Source: Candidatus Sumerlaeota bacterium
Lineage (GTDB): Bacteria; Sumerlaeota; Sumerlaeia; SLMS01
Direction of reading: 5' to 3'
Assembly (NCBI GenBank): GCA_020848155.1
Contig: JADLAR010000017.1
Coordinates: 6,554-70,553, forward strand
DNA length: 64,000 nucleotides
How positions within the stretch are numbered: position 1 is the first letter of the stretch; every line of letters begins with the position of its first letter. Position numbers and translations under genes: made by a program. The notes under the pieces were generated by a model. It saw only the letters and a list, made by a program, of their open reading frames with translations. It was not told where the DNA came from and did no database searches. Below, piece by piece: positions 33,146 to 43,207 of this stretch.

Positions 33146-34891
33146 TCAGGATTTCGCGGGCTGGTTTTCCTCCTCAATCGCGCTGATGTCCCGATCCACG
33201 GGATTGGAATATCCGATTCCCACAACCAGGATCGTGACGATGGAGACGATCATTCCGATGGGAACGTGCCACGTCCAGTTGATCTTGCTGGACTCCCATG
33301 TGCTCATCCAAATGTTCAATGCCAGCATGAAGAAAAATGACACAAGCATGCCCGCAATGATTGGAACTGCTTCGCCGCGCTTCTTGATGAGCCCAATGAC
33401 GAAGGCACCAAGGATGCCGCCGGAGGTAAGCCCCGCGAAGGTGAATGCGAGATCGAAGACCTTCGTGCTGGCCTGGCTGAGATAAGCAACGATCGCCAGC
33501 GCGAAGCCACAAAACAATGTCGCAATGCGCGAGAGTCTCAATTCATTCCGCTCGTCCTCTGCCTGGCGCTGCAACGGCTTGTAGAAATCCATCATCACCA
33601 TGCTGCTCATGGCGCTCAGTGCGCCGGATTCGCTGGACATGGCGGCGGAAAGGATCGCCGCGATCATGAAGCCCTTCAGCAATTCGGGCATTTGCGTCAT
33701 GATGAAGCTGGGGAACACATAGTCGGACTTTGGTTTTCCAATGCCCGTTGCCGCATCGACAGTGTTTGGATCCCAAGGCTCGAATCCGAAGAACTGGAAG
33801 CCGTTGCTCTTGTAGAACGCGAACAGGCAAATGCCAATGAGAAGGAACATGAGGAACTGGGGCGCGATGAGGAAGGCGCTCATGATCATGGACTTCCGCC
33901 CGTCCTCGGTGCTCCGGCAGCAGAGGACGCGCTGGATGCTGAGTTGGTTGAAGCCGATGGCGAGGACGATACCGGGCGGAACGGCAATCAAGCCCATGAT
34001 GAGGTTGAAATCACCGCAAAAGATGTTCTGAAGCTGCGCCCAAAGAGCCTGGGCGAACGTATGATCGGCGCCCAGCTTTGCCTGTAGTTCGCCGGCGCTC
34101 ATGAGTCCAGACTTCAGCCAGACCATGTTTTCGCCCGCGATTTCCTTCACCGCGGCCCAGTTGGTCGCGCCCGATGGCGCAGCCAGGTCGCCATGCAGCA
34201 GCGTCGGAATATAGTAGAGGGCGAAGAGACCACCGCCGACGAAGATGAAGTATTGGAGGATTTCCGTCCAGACCACGGCCTTGATGCCACCAAGGGAAGT
34301 ATAGACCATCGCGATCACCATGATGAGCGCGATGGAATGATTGATCCCCCATCCCTCATAGTAACCGCGCATGGCGAACATGATGGGAATGGCGCTGGCG
34401 TAGACACGAACACCCGCACCCAAGGCCGTGGTGATGAGCGAGAGGCCGGAGGCAACATAGCGCGCCTTGGGACCGAATGCGCGGGACAAAAGCTGGTACG
34501 GTGTATAAACGTCACCCTTGAAGTAATAGGGCACGACCCACACGGCGATGATGATGCGCCCAATGATGTGGCCGAGCACGACGCACATGAAAAGCATGGA
34601 ACCCTTCGATGCGCTGATGAGCCCCTCCTTCACGGCCAAGGCACCAATGGCCATGCCGGGCACCCCGATGACCGTGAGGGCACTCGTTTCCGTGGCAACG
34701 ATGGAAAACCCCACGGCCCACCAAGGGATGTTCCTGCCACCCAAAAAGTAGTCGCGCTTGCTTTGTTGCCCGCGGGAAAGCCAAAGCCCGACGGCAGCAA
34801 CCGCAATGACGTACAGAACGACGACCGCCCAATCGAGCGTGGTGAAAGTGCCTGTGGTGGCAGGGTTTGCTGCTGCCAGAAATGGTGACAT
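33146..34891 (-). CDS. Sodium:solute symporter family (SSF) transporter
   Basis: About 580 aa and polytopic. SSF motifs are present (DYFLGGRNIPWWAVGFSIVATETSALTVIGVPG). The start is assigned to MSPFLAAAN; the track ORF extends to 35038. Confidence 0.8.
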   Translation of the reverse strand: MSPFLAAANPATTGTFTTLDWAVVVLYVIAVAAVGLWLSRGQQSKRDYFLGGRNIPWWAVGFSIVATETSALTVIGVPGMAIGALAVKEGLISASKGSMLFMCVVLGHIIGRIIIAVWVVPYYFKGDVYTPYQLLSRAFGPKARYVASGLSLITTALGAGVRVYASAIPIMFAMRGYYEGWGINHSIALIMVIAMVYTSLGGIKAVVWTEILQYFIFVGGGLFALYYIPTLLHGDLAAPSGATNWAAVKEIAGENMVWLKSGLMSAGELQAKLGADHTFAQALWAQLQNIFCGDFNLIMGLIAVPPGIVLAIGFNQLSIQRVLCCRSTEDGRKSMIMSAFLIAPQFLMFLLIGICLFAFYKSNGFQFFGFEPWDPNTVDAATGIGKPKSDYVFPSFIMTQMPELLKGFMIAAILSAAMSSESGALSAMSSMVMMDFYKPLQRQAEDERNELRLSRIATLFCGFALAIVAYLSQASTKVFDLAFTFAGLTSGGILGAFVIGLIKKRGEAVPIIAGMLVSFFFMLALNIWMSTWESSKINWTWHVPIGMIVSIVTILVVGIGYSNPVDRDISAIEEENQPAKS

Positions 34892-35056
34892 CCGGAAAAA
34901 CCTGATCGGTGGAATGCTGGCGGAAAGGCTCACCCCGCCACATTGGGAGGTCAACCGCGCCGGTGCCTTGCGGTCCAAAAATGTGCCGTTGACTGATGAA
35001 TCCCAGGAAGCCAGAGTTTGGCAACCCTTGCATCCCATGCTTGAAAGAGGTTCGCA

Positions 35057-38000
35057 GTGAACTCCCCAGCGATTCGTTTTTCAGTATTTCTTGGCTTTTG
35101 TGCCGCCTTGACGATGATTGGCGGCAGTGCCCCAGCGCAGGCAACGGTGCACCAGCAACAACTTGAGGACATCGCCACGCAGCCCGTGCCGGAAGACGAC
35201 ATCCTGCAAATCGAGCAGGATCGGCTGAACTTCAAGGACACGAATGCCGGCGCGACTGCAGAGAACCAGGCGCGGGGAACCACGACGACCATTGGCGACG
35301 ACTTCATCGTCTTTGGCTACATGCAATCGTCCGCTCAACTTCCGCATACGCGGTGGGAGTCCCTGACACATGTGGCATCCGGGTTCGTTGAATTCGACAG
35401 TGCGGGGAACCTGATACCTGCGTCCCTTTCGGCAAACTGGACGAATCGCGATGCGACGCTTCAAGCAACCGGCGCCGCGCAGAACGCCGGGTGCAAGGTT
35501 ATCATGACGGTGTTGAACGACGGCTTCGATGTGTCCGTGATCAACGCCGTGATGACGAACGCGACGGCACGTGCGCAGTTGGTCTCGGACATCTCCACGG
35601 CCGTGACAGGTGATGCCTATTGCGCGGGCGTGACATTCGACTTCGAGCCGTTCAGTTGGTCATCGGCTGCGACTGCGGGAATGACGACTTTCTTCCAAGA
35701 CCTTCGCGCGGCGCTTCCACCGCCGTACGAACTCAGCGTGTATGCGGACCCGACGCCGTCTGCTTCGCGCTGGGACCTGCCCAACCTTACCCCCAGTCTG
35801 GATTACTACCTCTACAGTTGCTACGATTATGCAACGGGGCAAACGCCACACGCCATTTCGGACTACGATGGGTATATCACCCAAATCAATAATTTCTACC
35901 TGGATGGAGGCGTGCCGGCGAGCAAGATGGTGGCGGTGCTGTCATCCTATTCGGGGCGCTGGGAGAACACCTCTCAATACAACGTTTCCGGCGGACTGGA
36001 TCGTGTGGCCGGTGGGTTCACCGACGGGTTGTACGAAACCACGTTGTGGACACAGTACGGTGGGCCGCAGGTGGAGAACTACGACACCGGCGACGAGGTA
36101 AGCTGGCACACGTGGAATGACGGATCATCGGACTTTGTTCGGACGTGGGATTCACCGCAATCCCTGGAATTCAAGATCCGGACGGTTATCAGTAATGTGG
36201 ACACCACGGCGAGTCCGAACAACAAGGGGAAGCGGTTGCGCGGTGTGGGGTTCTGGTCGCTGATGTGGCTGGCGGAAACCTCATCAATCAATCTCATCTC
36301 ACAGGAAGGCACTGTCGGCGGTGTCGTAAGCCGCACACGAACGTACCCACAGGTCTATCAGCTCTGCCAGGAGGCCCTGAAGAATCCCGGCCAGACAAAA
36401 TTCCTGATCACGGGCTTTGAGGGAAACGACCCGCGATGGCGTGACCCGAACGCGAACCCCGATGCCGCGAACCTTGGCACAACGACAGACAGCGAGGGAA
36501 CAGTGACCGCACCGGCGGGAGCCGGCCGCCCGGCGAATACGAACAAGTGTGCGCAGGTGGCTTTCACGTTCACGGCAGGGGCATCGCAACAACTTGCGTT
36601 CGAGCATGAGTTGCTGGCGGACTCCCGGGTTTCCACCCTGCCGGACACAAACGCCGCCGCCGCGGTCTTCACGCAGAACACCAAGCTCAACGCATACGTC
36701 CATGTTCCCTCGGCCTATGCGGGGCGCACGGTGCGCATGTTGGTCTTTGATTCCAATCGCCAGTTGGAAATGTCTCCTGCGTTGAGCCTTGGCGTGGCTG
36801 GCTGGCAGCAACTTTCCTGGGACCTGACGGATGCGGCGCAGACGACGGGCTTCAACACGAACGATCCGCGCTTCTTCGACGGAAATGGCGTGATCAATTC
36901 AGCAGGGACCGGCGCAAAGGACATTGGCTTCTTTGGGTTCCTCGTACAAGGTGGCGGGGCCGGCAGTGGAACAATCAGCTTCGACGAAATCACCTATGAG
37001 CACGTGAATCCTGCAAACCTGAATTTCAAGATCAATGAGTTCCGCTATGCGACCGTGGGCGGGGAGTTCATCGAGATTCATGGACCTGCGGGGCAAAGCA
37101 CGCCGGCGGGCCTGCAACTGCGGCTCTTCAGCGGAACCACGCTGACGGGCGCGCCGTACTCGACGCTTGCGATCGGAGGCATCGTCATTCCCGCCAACGG
37201 CCTGCTTGTCGTCGGCGATCCCTCTGTTGTGAATGTGGACGTGACACCGGGAATGGGGGACTCGGTGGATGACATGCTGGATACCAGCCCCTGTGGCATC
37301 CAGATCTACGACACGGGAACAGGCAACGTTTACGACTCGGTTGTGTACGAAGCGCGCGCCGGGCTGACCGGGCTTGTGCGACTGGGAACGCTCGGCGTGA
37401 CGGACGAGGGATATCCGTGGCTGGGCGAGGCGACCGGAAACTACGCCTTCGGTCGCTATCCCGATGGCACGGATACCAATGTGAACTTCGACGATTTTTC
37501 AAACCTGATTGCAAGTCCGGGACTGAGCAACGGAAACACCGTGTCACCACCAGCCACGTTCAACTTTTCGAGCGTCCCCACGGGCATGTTCCAAAGCTAC
37601 CAGACGCTGGCGGGGAACATCGTTCCGTCAGGTGTGGGCGCTTCGCCGAGCGGCGGAAACGTTTATCGCTGTGTCGACACGACAGGTGGCGGAAACAACG
37701 GCTTCATCGGTGACGCGGCCCTGGGCTACTCCGGCGGAGGCTACACCGTGACGGGGGAAATCTTCATCCCCAACAGCGCGGCACCGGCGCAGGCCATCGG
37801 CGTGGGAATCTGTGGAAGCCAGGGATCCACGTTCTTTTCAACCTCCTCGGACAGCAGCGGCTATGATACCGGGTACTGGATCGTCTTCGAGAACCAAAGC
37901 GGCATCGGGCTTGCCGATGGACGTGCGGATCACGCCGACACTTTCGAATTCATTTTTCCACAGCAGGAAGGCAACCCGGCGATTCTGCTGGGCAGCATTT

Positions 38001-38410
38001 CGCGCACGGCAACCGGCGCGTCACCTGGCGCATGGACGACGTTTAGCATGTCGATCGATCCGGGGACGAATTCATTGATCGCAAAGATCAACAACGTGGA
38101 TGTTTACAACGGAACAATTCCCGCAAACGGGCCGACACACGGCTCGGTGCAAGTCGGTTTCCGCGAAAATCACTCCGGGAACCCGGCTGCGGTTGAGGGA
38201 ACGTGGGTGGACAATATTCAAATCAACTCACTGGTTGCAACCCCCACACCCAGCCCGTCGCCAAGCCCATCGCCAAGTGCCAGCCCGTCTCCGAGCGCCA
38301 CGCCAAGCTCGACGCCGAGTCCGACGCCGAGCGCCACACCCAGCCCGTCACCCAGCGCCACGATCAGCCCGACGCCAACAAGCGGATTGGATGGGTTGAT
38401 GTTCTACTAG
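35057..38410 (+). CDS. Large secreted multidomain protein: GH18-like (degenerate DxE) TIM-barrel domain, lamin-tail domain (LTD) and a C-terminal Pro/Ser/Thr linker
   Basis: 1117 aa with a signal peptide. The motif CAGVTFDFEPF resembles the GH18 DxxDxDxE block with only D-x-E retained. The LTD signature is NEFRYATVGGEFIEIHGPAG...IPANGLLVVGD. The C-terminus is PTPSPSPSPSPSASPSPSATPSSTPSPTPSATPSPSPSATISPTPTSGLDGLMFY. Confidence 0.7.
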   Translation: MNSPAIRFSVFLGFCAALTMIGGSAPAQATVHQQQLEDIATQPVPEDDILQIEQDRLNFKDTNAGATAENQARGTTTTIGDDFIVFGYMQSSAQLPHTRWESLTHVASGFVEFDSAGNLIPASLSANWTNRDATLQATGAAQNAGCKVIMTVLNDGFDVSVINAVMTNATARAQLVSDISTAVTGDAYCAGVTFDFEPFSWSSAATAGMTTFFQDLRAALPPPYELSVYADPTPSASRWDLPNLTPSLDYYLYSCYDYATGQTPHAISDYDGYITQINNFYLDGGVPASKMVAVLSSYSGRWENTSQYNVSGGLDRVAGGFTDGLYETTLWTQYGGPQVENYDTGDEVSWHTWNDGSSDFVRTWDSPQSLEFKIRTVISNVDTTASPNNKGKRLRGVGFWSLMWLAETSSINLISQEGTVGGVVSRTRTYPQVYQLCQEALKNPGQTKFLITGFEGNDPRWRDPNANPDAANLGTTTDSEGTVTAPAGAGRPANTNKCAQVAFTFTAGASQQLAFEHELLADSRVSTLPDTNAAAAVFTQNTKLNAYVHVPSAYAGRTVRMLVFDSNRQLEMSPALSLGVAGWQQLSWDLTDAAQTTGFNTNDPRFFDGNGVINSAGTGAKDIGFFGFLVQGGGAGSGTISFDEITYEHVNPANLNFKINEFRYATVGGEFIEIHGPAGQSTPAGLQLRLFSGTTLTGAPYSTLAIGGIVIPANGLLVVGDPSVVNVDVTPGMGDSVDDMLDTSPCGIQIYDTGTGNVYDSVVYEARAGLTGLVRLGTLGVTDEGYPWLGEATGNYAFGRYPDGTDTNVNFDDFSNLIASPGLSNGNTVSPPATFNFSSVPTGMFQSYQTLAGNIVPSGVGASPSGGNVYRCVDTTGGGNNGFIGDAALGYSGGGYTVTGEIFIPNSAAPAQAIGVGICGSQGSTFFSTSSDSSGYDTGYWIVFENQSGIGLADGRADHADTFEFIFPQQEGNPAILLGSISRTATGASPGAWTTFSMSIDPGTNSLIAKINNVDVYNGTIPANGPTHGSVQVGFRENHSGNPAAVEGTWVDNIQINSLVATPTPSPSPSPSPSASPSPSATPSSTPSPTPSATPSPSPSATISPTPTSGLDGLMFY
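38230..38390 (+). repeat. Tandem Pro-Ser/Pro-Thr codon repeats (linker) at the 3' end of the large secreted protein gene
   Basis: ccc/agc/ccg/tcg/acg repeat units encode (PS/PT)n. Confidence 0.5.
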
Positions 38411-38454
38411 CGAGCCGTCATGGCACGCGCCGGAAAAAGCCGGCGGTCATGATT

Positions 38455-38484
38455 CCCGGCGGCATTCCAAGCAATGCCGCCGGG
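38455..38484. terminator. Strong GC-rich hairpin between convergent genes; possible bidirectional terminator
   Basis: cccggcggcatt (38455-38466) pairs with aatgccgccggg (38473-38484) across the loop ccaagc, giving a 12-bp stem. There is no U tract, which is common in high-GC genomes. Confidence 0.3.
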
Positions 38485-38504
38485 GTGGCATGCTTGATAA
38501 TCGG

Positions 38505-39269
38505 TCACTTCCCTGCGGATGCGCTTGGGGTCGCGCGCGAGTAGTGGGTATGGGCCGCGTCCACCTCACCGGGTTTGTTGCCAATTTTTTCCACGCGTTC
38601 ATGGATTCCCTTGGTGGATTGCTGAGTGGACCAGTAGCGGAGGCCGGTTGTGTTTCCGTGACGGTCCTTTTCCCAGGCGAGGAAGATGACGCTGTGGCCT
38701 GAAGGATTCTTTTCCTTCTTCCTTTTGTGGCGCCAGACCTGCACGAAGTCGCCGGGCAGGGCCTCCGCAGCGGAGATTTTCCTTCCAATACCAAGCGATT
38801 CCAACGCATCGCCGGGACCATCGCCCTGCAAATCACGAACAAACCATCGCGACTGGAACTCGGCCCAGTTCCCTGCGGTCAGCGGTGATTCGTACTTGGG
38901 ATTTTGCCGCAGATACTCGTCGTAAACCTTCGTGAAGACCTCAAGCGTAAGCCCACAGCAGTAAGTACGCGCCTGCGATTCACCCTCCATGACCTTCGTC
39001 CCGCCGAGAAAAACATCGGTGGAACATCCGTCGTAGGCGGGACCGTCTCCCTTCCTCGGCCACCAGTAGGTGTGCGTGCCGTCCGTGGGATAGGCGGCGG
39101 CCTCCGCCAGTATCAACTGGTTGAAGGGGGGAACGGAATCATCGTGTGCGAAGGAAGCTGGGGTCACTTTGGCAACGGGGGATTTTGCGCAGGAAGTGAC
39201 CATCGTGGCCAACAGGATCGCCGCGATGAAGGCTTCAATTCCCCGTCGCACGAGTCGCATTCTTCTCAT
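38505..39269 (-). CDS. Hypothetical lipoprotein; possible Cys/His hydrolase
   Basis: The signal peptide with lipobox (MRRMRLVRRGIEAFIAAILLATMVTSC) is reached from the start at M33/M36 of the track ORF. Cys (TYCCGLTLEVF) and His (SGHSVIFLAWEKD) motifs suggest a papain-like/NlpC-P60-like fold, but this is uncertain. The gene overlaps the upstream serine-hydrolase stop. Confidence 0.5.
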   Translation of the reverse strand: MRRMRLVRRGIEAFIAAILLATMVTSCAKSPVAKVTPASFAHDDSVPPFNQLILAEAAAYPTDGTHTYWWPRKGDGPAYDGCSTDVFLGGTKVMEGESQARTYCCGLTLEVFTKVYDEYLRQNPKYESPLTAGNWAEFQSRWFVRDLQGDGPGDALESLGIGRKISAAEALPGDFVQVWRHKRKKEKNPSGHSVIFLAWEKDRHGNTTGLRYWSTQQSTKGIHERVEKIGNKPGEVDAAHTHYSRATPSASAGK

Positions 39270-40515
39270 CCTGTTCACGGAACCATTGCGCGTAGACAGG
39301 TTGGCTGCGCCAAACCGTGTCGGCAACGGCGCGACGAACCGTGGTGATGGTGGGCTTCCCTTCACCCTTTGACTTGTCGTCGGGGAAAACGCGATTCGTC
39401 AACAGAACCAGATACGTCCTTGTGTTCTTGTCGATCATCATGAGCGTCCCGGTGTAACCTGTGTGGCCAATGATGAGCGTTTCAGGCGTCTTGTTGAGTC
39501 CCGTGACCCATGGCGGTGTTTCGTAAACGTCCCACCCAAGGCCGCGCTCGTCATCAACCGATTCCGGAGTCTGGGTGGTGGTTGCCTGATCAAGGATCTT
39601 GGTGCTGAAGATTCTCTTTCCTCCCAGCGAGCCGCCATTGGCGACCATCTCACAGAAGCGGGCAACGTCGCGTCCGGACGAGAACAGCCCTGCATTCCCG
39701 GGACAATGGCCGTCCTCAATGCCGTGATAATTTGCGAGGGGGTCATGGATCTTTGCCACAAGCGTCACATTGCCGTCTGCGTCACCCAGTGTGGGGACGG
39801 CACGTTGCACCTGGTCGGGGGAGAGTGTATATACGGTGTCCCTCATGTTGAGGGGACCGAACACATGTTCCTTCAGGAACTGTTCCATAGGCTCGTGCAT
39901 GATATTCTCGGTCACGCGCGCCGTGGTCTGGAAATTAAGGCAGCTATAGATCACCTTCGATCGCGGCGGATAGCTGGCGGGAAGGGCGGCATAATGTTCG
40001 ATGAGGAGGTCGGGCTTTGATTCACCGGCGGGACGGGTCTTTTCCAACTCCGCCCACTTGCTCTCATAGGCCTTGAGGCCTGAGACATGCGTCATCAAAT
40101 CGCGGATGGTGTCGCCTTCCTTGCCGTTGGAATCGAAACCGGGGATGAATTTGGAAACGGAATCATCCGGCGAAAGCCTCCCCTCGTCCATCAGCACAAG
40201 CGCAGCGCTGGTGGTCCCCATCACCTTCGAGATGGATGCCATGTCGAACATGGAATCGAGCGTCATCGGCGGCGCGTCCGGCTTGTAGGTCGTGTGGCCG
40301 TAGGCCTTCGCCCAGAGGAGCTTGTTTGGCTGCCCGACGACAACGACGGCACCTGGAAAGACCTTGTTTTCAATGCCGTTGGCGATGATGTCGTCAATCT
40401 TCCGAAGTGACGATGTTTCCATGGGTTCGATGGCTGTCATTTTTGCACAGCCAGCGAACATCATGGTGCATGACAGGATCATCGGGACGGCGATGTGGCG
40501 AAAAAACATTTTCAA
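39235..40515 (-). CDS. Serine hydrolase of the beta-lactamase (class C / PBP4-like) family; lipoprotein
   Basis: 426 aa with a lipoprotein signal (MMFAGC), the SxxK motif (ASISKVMG) and other beta-lactamase-family blocks. Confidence 0.8.
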   Translation of the reverse strand: MKMFFRHIAVPMILSCTMMFAGCAKMTAIEPMETSSLRKIDDIIANGIENKVFPGAVVVVGQPNKLLWAKAYGHTTYKPDAPPMTLDSMFDMASISKVMGTTSAALVLMDEGRLSPDDSVSKFIPGFDSNGKEGDTIRDLMTHVSGLKAYESKWAELEKTRPAGESKPDLLIEHYAALPASYPPRSKVIYSCLNFQTTARVTENIMHEPMEQFLKEHVFGPLNMRDTVYTLSPDQVQRAVPTLGDADGNVTLVAKIHDPLANYHGIEDGHCPGNAGLFSSGRDVARFCEMVANGGSLGGKRIFSTKILDQATTTQTPESVDDERGLGWDVYETPPWVTGLNKTPETLIIGHTGYTGTLMMIDKNTRTYLVLLTNRVFPDDKSKGEGKPTITTVRRAVADTVWRSQPVYAQWFREQDEKNATRATGN

Positions 40516-40577
40516 GGGTCCTTCCTGCGTCGTGATTCAAACGGGTTCATGCATGAGACGGCGCATGAGTGCAAAGG

Positions 40578-42083
40578 TCAAGGAGCTGTTTTTTGCATCA
40601 GGTCGGGGCGCGCCTTCTGAATTTCTGCGAGAATCATGTCCGCGACGATCTTCTTGCCGGCCTGACTGAGGTGAAGGCCGTCTGCGGAGTTCTCCGGCTT
40701 GAGCAATCCATCTCCACCGATGAGCGCCCCATGTCCATCAACGAGCGGGACGCCAAGCTCCTTCGCGATGGCGCGCTGGCGTTCCGCAAAAACTTCAATG
40801 AAGGGGGCAAGGTGCGCGTATTTGTCGCGAACGGGAAAGGCGTCGCCGAGAATGATGAGCGTGCCCGGATGCCGGTCGCGAATGCGGTTGATGATCGACT
40901 TGGTGGCCTCTGCCAACTCGTCATCGGTGGGATGTGGAGTCCCGCTGGACTTTCGGGCCGCGAGGTCATTGCGGGCGCATTTCAGGAAGACCACGTCCGG
41001 CTTCATGTCCATGGCGGATTCTTCAAGGCGCTGCGAAATGCCGCGCGTGCCAAGGCCGAGGCGATCCGCGGAAATTCCCCGGTTGAAGACGCGAAAACCG
41101 GGAAACAAATCAGACGGCATTCCCTGCATGCTGGAGGATCCCAGCAGGCAGAGCGTCGGCGAAGTTTGCCCACCCTCGATGGCAAGCTGCGCATTTTCGT
41201 CAAGGAACTTGCCGATGCGATCATAGTAAAGGGTGAACCACTTGTCCTCGCCTGGCTTTGAGGCGAGCACCTTCGCCTGATGGAAGTTCAGATGATCCTG
41301 CAGGTGGCTGGACCAATACTCCCACGAATGGGTTCCCGGCAATTCACGATAGATGTGCGGAATTTTCAACTCGGTCATGCGTGCGTGGAGGTCGCGTGCA
41401 TCGACAATGGCGCCGGTCTTCGTGTCATCAACGCCGCAGTCGAACAGGACGGAAACATTGCCTGTCCTGAAATTTCCGCAAAGCTCATAGACGGAATTCG
41501 CCTTCCAATCGGCCTCATGCGTGGCCATGTCCCCCAGGCGATCGGGAATCGACCAGTGGCTTGGATGATTCGTCAGTTTCAGGATTCCCGACAGCGAAGA
41601 GGCTGATGCATAAAGGTTGGGGTGTTTTGCCGCGAGGCTGAGTGCACCGTGTCCCCCCATGCTGAGGCCCATGATTCCGCGGGCATTGCGGTCATCAATG
41701 GTTGGATAGTGCGTGTCGACATACCTTCGCAGTTCGTCGCTGACAAAGGTCTCATAGTTCGAATACTTCTCCATCTTGCTGTCGACATACCAACCGAACT
41801 GCGATCCATCGGGAAAAACGAGGATCATCCGATAGCGCGTTGCCAATTCGGCGACATTTGTTCGCGTGGGCCAGTCGGCATTGGAGCCATAGGCCCCGTG
41901 GAGGATGTAAAGGGACGGGAAGCGTTCGTCCTCCTTCTTCTTCTTCGGGACGTAAATGGAATAGGTGGCGACACGATGAAGCGATTCGCTGTAGAAAGAA
42001 TGCGTCTCGATCTGCGCGGCGGACGGCGCGGCGAACGCGACGAGGGCGGCGATGAGGACAAGCAGTTGAAGAACTCTTTTCAT
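40578..42083 (-). CDS. Secreted esterase (esterase D/putative esterase family) fused to a C-terminal SGNH/GDSL hydrolase domain
   Basis: 501 aa with a signal peptide. The N-terminal domain has GLSMGGHGA (GxSxG). The C-terminal domain has the SGNH blocks GSSSMQG, NRGISAD and DGLHLS. Confidence 0.75.
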   Translation of the reverse strand: MKRVLQLLVLIAALVAFAAPSAAQIETHSFYSESLHRVATYSIYVPKKKKEDERFPSLYILHGAYGSNADWPTRTNVAELATRYRMILVFPDGSQFGWYVDSKMEKYSNYETFVSDELRRYVDTHYPTIDDRNARGIMGLSMGGHGALSLAAKHPNLYASASSLSGILKLTNHPSHWSIPDRLGDMATHEADWKANSVYELCGNFRTGNVSVLFDCGVDDTKTGAIVDARDLHARMTELKIPHIYRELPGTHSWEYWSSHLQDHLNFHQAKVLASKPGEDKWFTLYYDRIGKFLDENAQLAIEGGQTSPTLCLLGSSSMQGMPSDLFPGFRVFNRGISADRLGLGTRGISQRLEESAMDMKPDVVFLKCARNDLAARKSSGTPHPTDDELAEATKSIINRIRDRHPGTLIILGDAFPVRDKYAHLAPFIEVFAERQRAIAKELGVPLVDGHGALIGGDGLLKPENSADGLHLSQAGKKIVADMILAEIQKARPDLMQKTAP

Positions 42084-43207
42084 GATGGGAGGGTCGTTGG
42101 CCTTTCCTGTGACTGCTGCGGCGCGCGCAGGGCATCATGCGCGGCGCAGATCATCCGCGCGGTGGTGTCATCGCGCCTGCGCAGTTCCTCAAGATTCAAC
42201 TCACGAAGTACGCGGGCAATGTTGAAGGTGCGAATGGCGCTGGCTGAGCGCGTGTGGAGTTCCTGATCCCCGATGATCCGTGCTGATTCGGCCAGGAACC
42301 AATCGACCAGCAGGCGCGGCATGGAGCCGAGGACCTCCCCGGAGTGCAGCATGCGCAGTGCCTTGATGGCGCTGACATGGTCGTTGGCGGCCATGGCCTC
42401 CGTGGCGACGAGCAGCGAGAGCGAGGAGCGGCGGGGATGAAGCGGAGGGAGCAACATCAATGCCTTCGCCTGAAGCGCCACTTCATCAACGTCACGGGCG
42501 ATGGTGGCGGCGTCAGCGCGCAGCACTGCACGCAGGCGTTCCTTCACTTGCGGGCCACCGGCTTCGACAACGGGATGCGAGCCCACAAGGTCGATCAATC
42601 GAGGGACGACCGTGCCGGACTTTTCACGCATGGCGGCGCTGGAAATCGCGAGAACCGTGGTCTCCAACGATCGGGGATTGAAGCCCTTCTCTGCTTCAAG
42701 CGCTTGCATCGCGGCATTCGGGGTGGCGGTGAGGAGGGCACGCATGATGGGGAAGGGAACCTGCGACGATCGCCACTGCCGCACTCCGCCAAGGCGGAAG
42801 ACCGCTTCCGACACAAGGAACAGCAGCAGCGCCGTGAGCGCAATCACCCCATTGTCGCGTGCAAGGAATGCGGCAAGAAGGCATAACGCGGGTGCCACGC
42901 TACCGGCAAGAATGCGGGATGCGATGTCGCCATGCAGCGGAGCCATCTCGAATCCAGCGAGGCGATTGATCACGGCAGTGGAAAGCTCGGATGCCTCGCG
43001 CGCGCGTGTGCTGATCCAGACAAGTCCGATGATTGCCGTGAGCGAAAGCAACGCAGTGAGCTTCGCACCGTTCATGACCACCGTGGCAAGGCACACGAAC
43101 CAGAATGCATTCGTGAAGGACAGGACTGCGGCCGCCAGAAACCGCGCACGGCGAATGTATGGATCGCGCCGTGGGTGTGAAAAGGGCGGATGAAATCGCT
43201 CGTTCAT
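42080..43207 (-). CDS. Hypothetical polytopic membrane protein
   Basis: About 375 aa from MNERFHPP, with several TM helices in the N-terminal half and an Ala/Leu/Arg-rich helical C-terminal half. Its start overlaps the upstream stop (ATGA). Confidence 0.45.
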   Translation of the reverse strand: MNERFHPPFSHPRRDPYIRRARFLAAAVLSFTNAFWFVCLATVVMNGAKLTALLSLTAIIGLVWISTRAREASELSTAVINRLAGFEMAPLHGDIASRILAGSVAPALCLLAAFLARDNGVIALTALLLFLVSEAVFRLGGVRQWRSSQVPFPIMRALLTATPNAAMQALEAEKGFNPRSLETTVLAISSAAMREKSGTVVPRLIDLVGSHPVVEAGGPQVKERLRAVLRADAATIARDVDEVALQAKALMLLPPLHPRRSSLSLLVATEAMAANDHVSAIKALRMLHSGEVLGSMPRLLVDWFLAESARIIGDQELHTRSASAIRTFNIARVLRELNLEELRRRDDTTARMICAAHDALRAPQQSQERPTTLPS

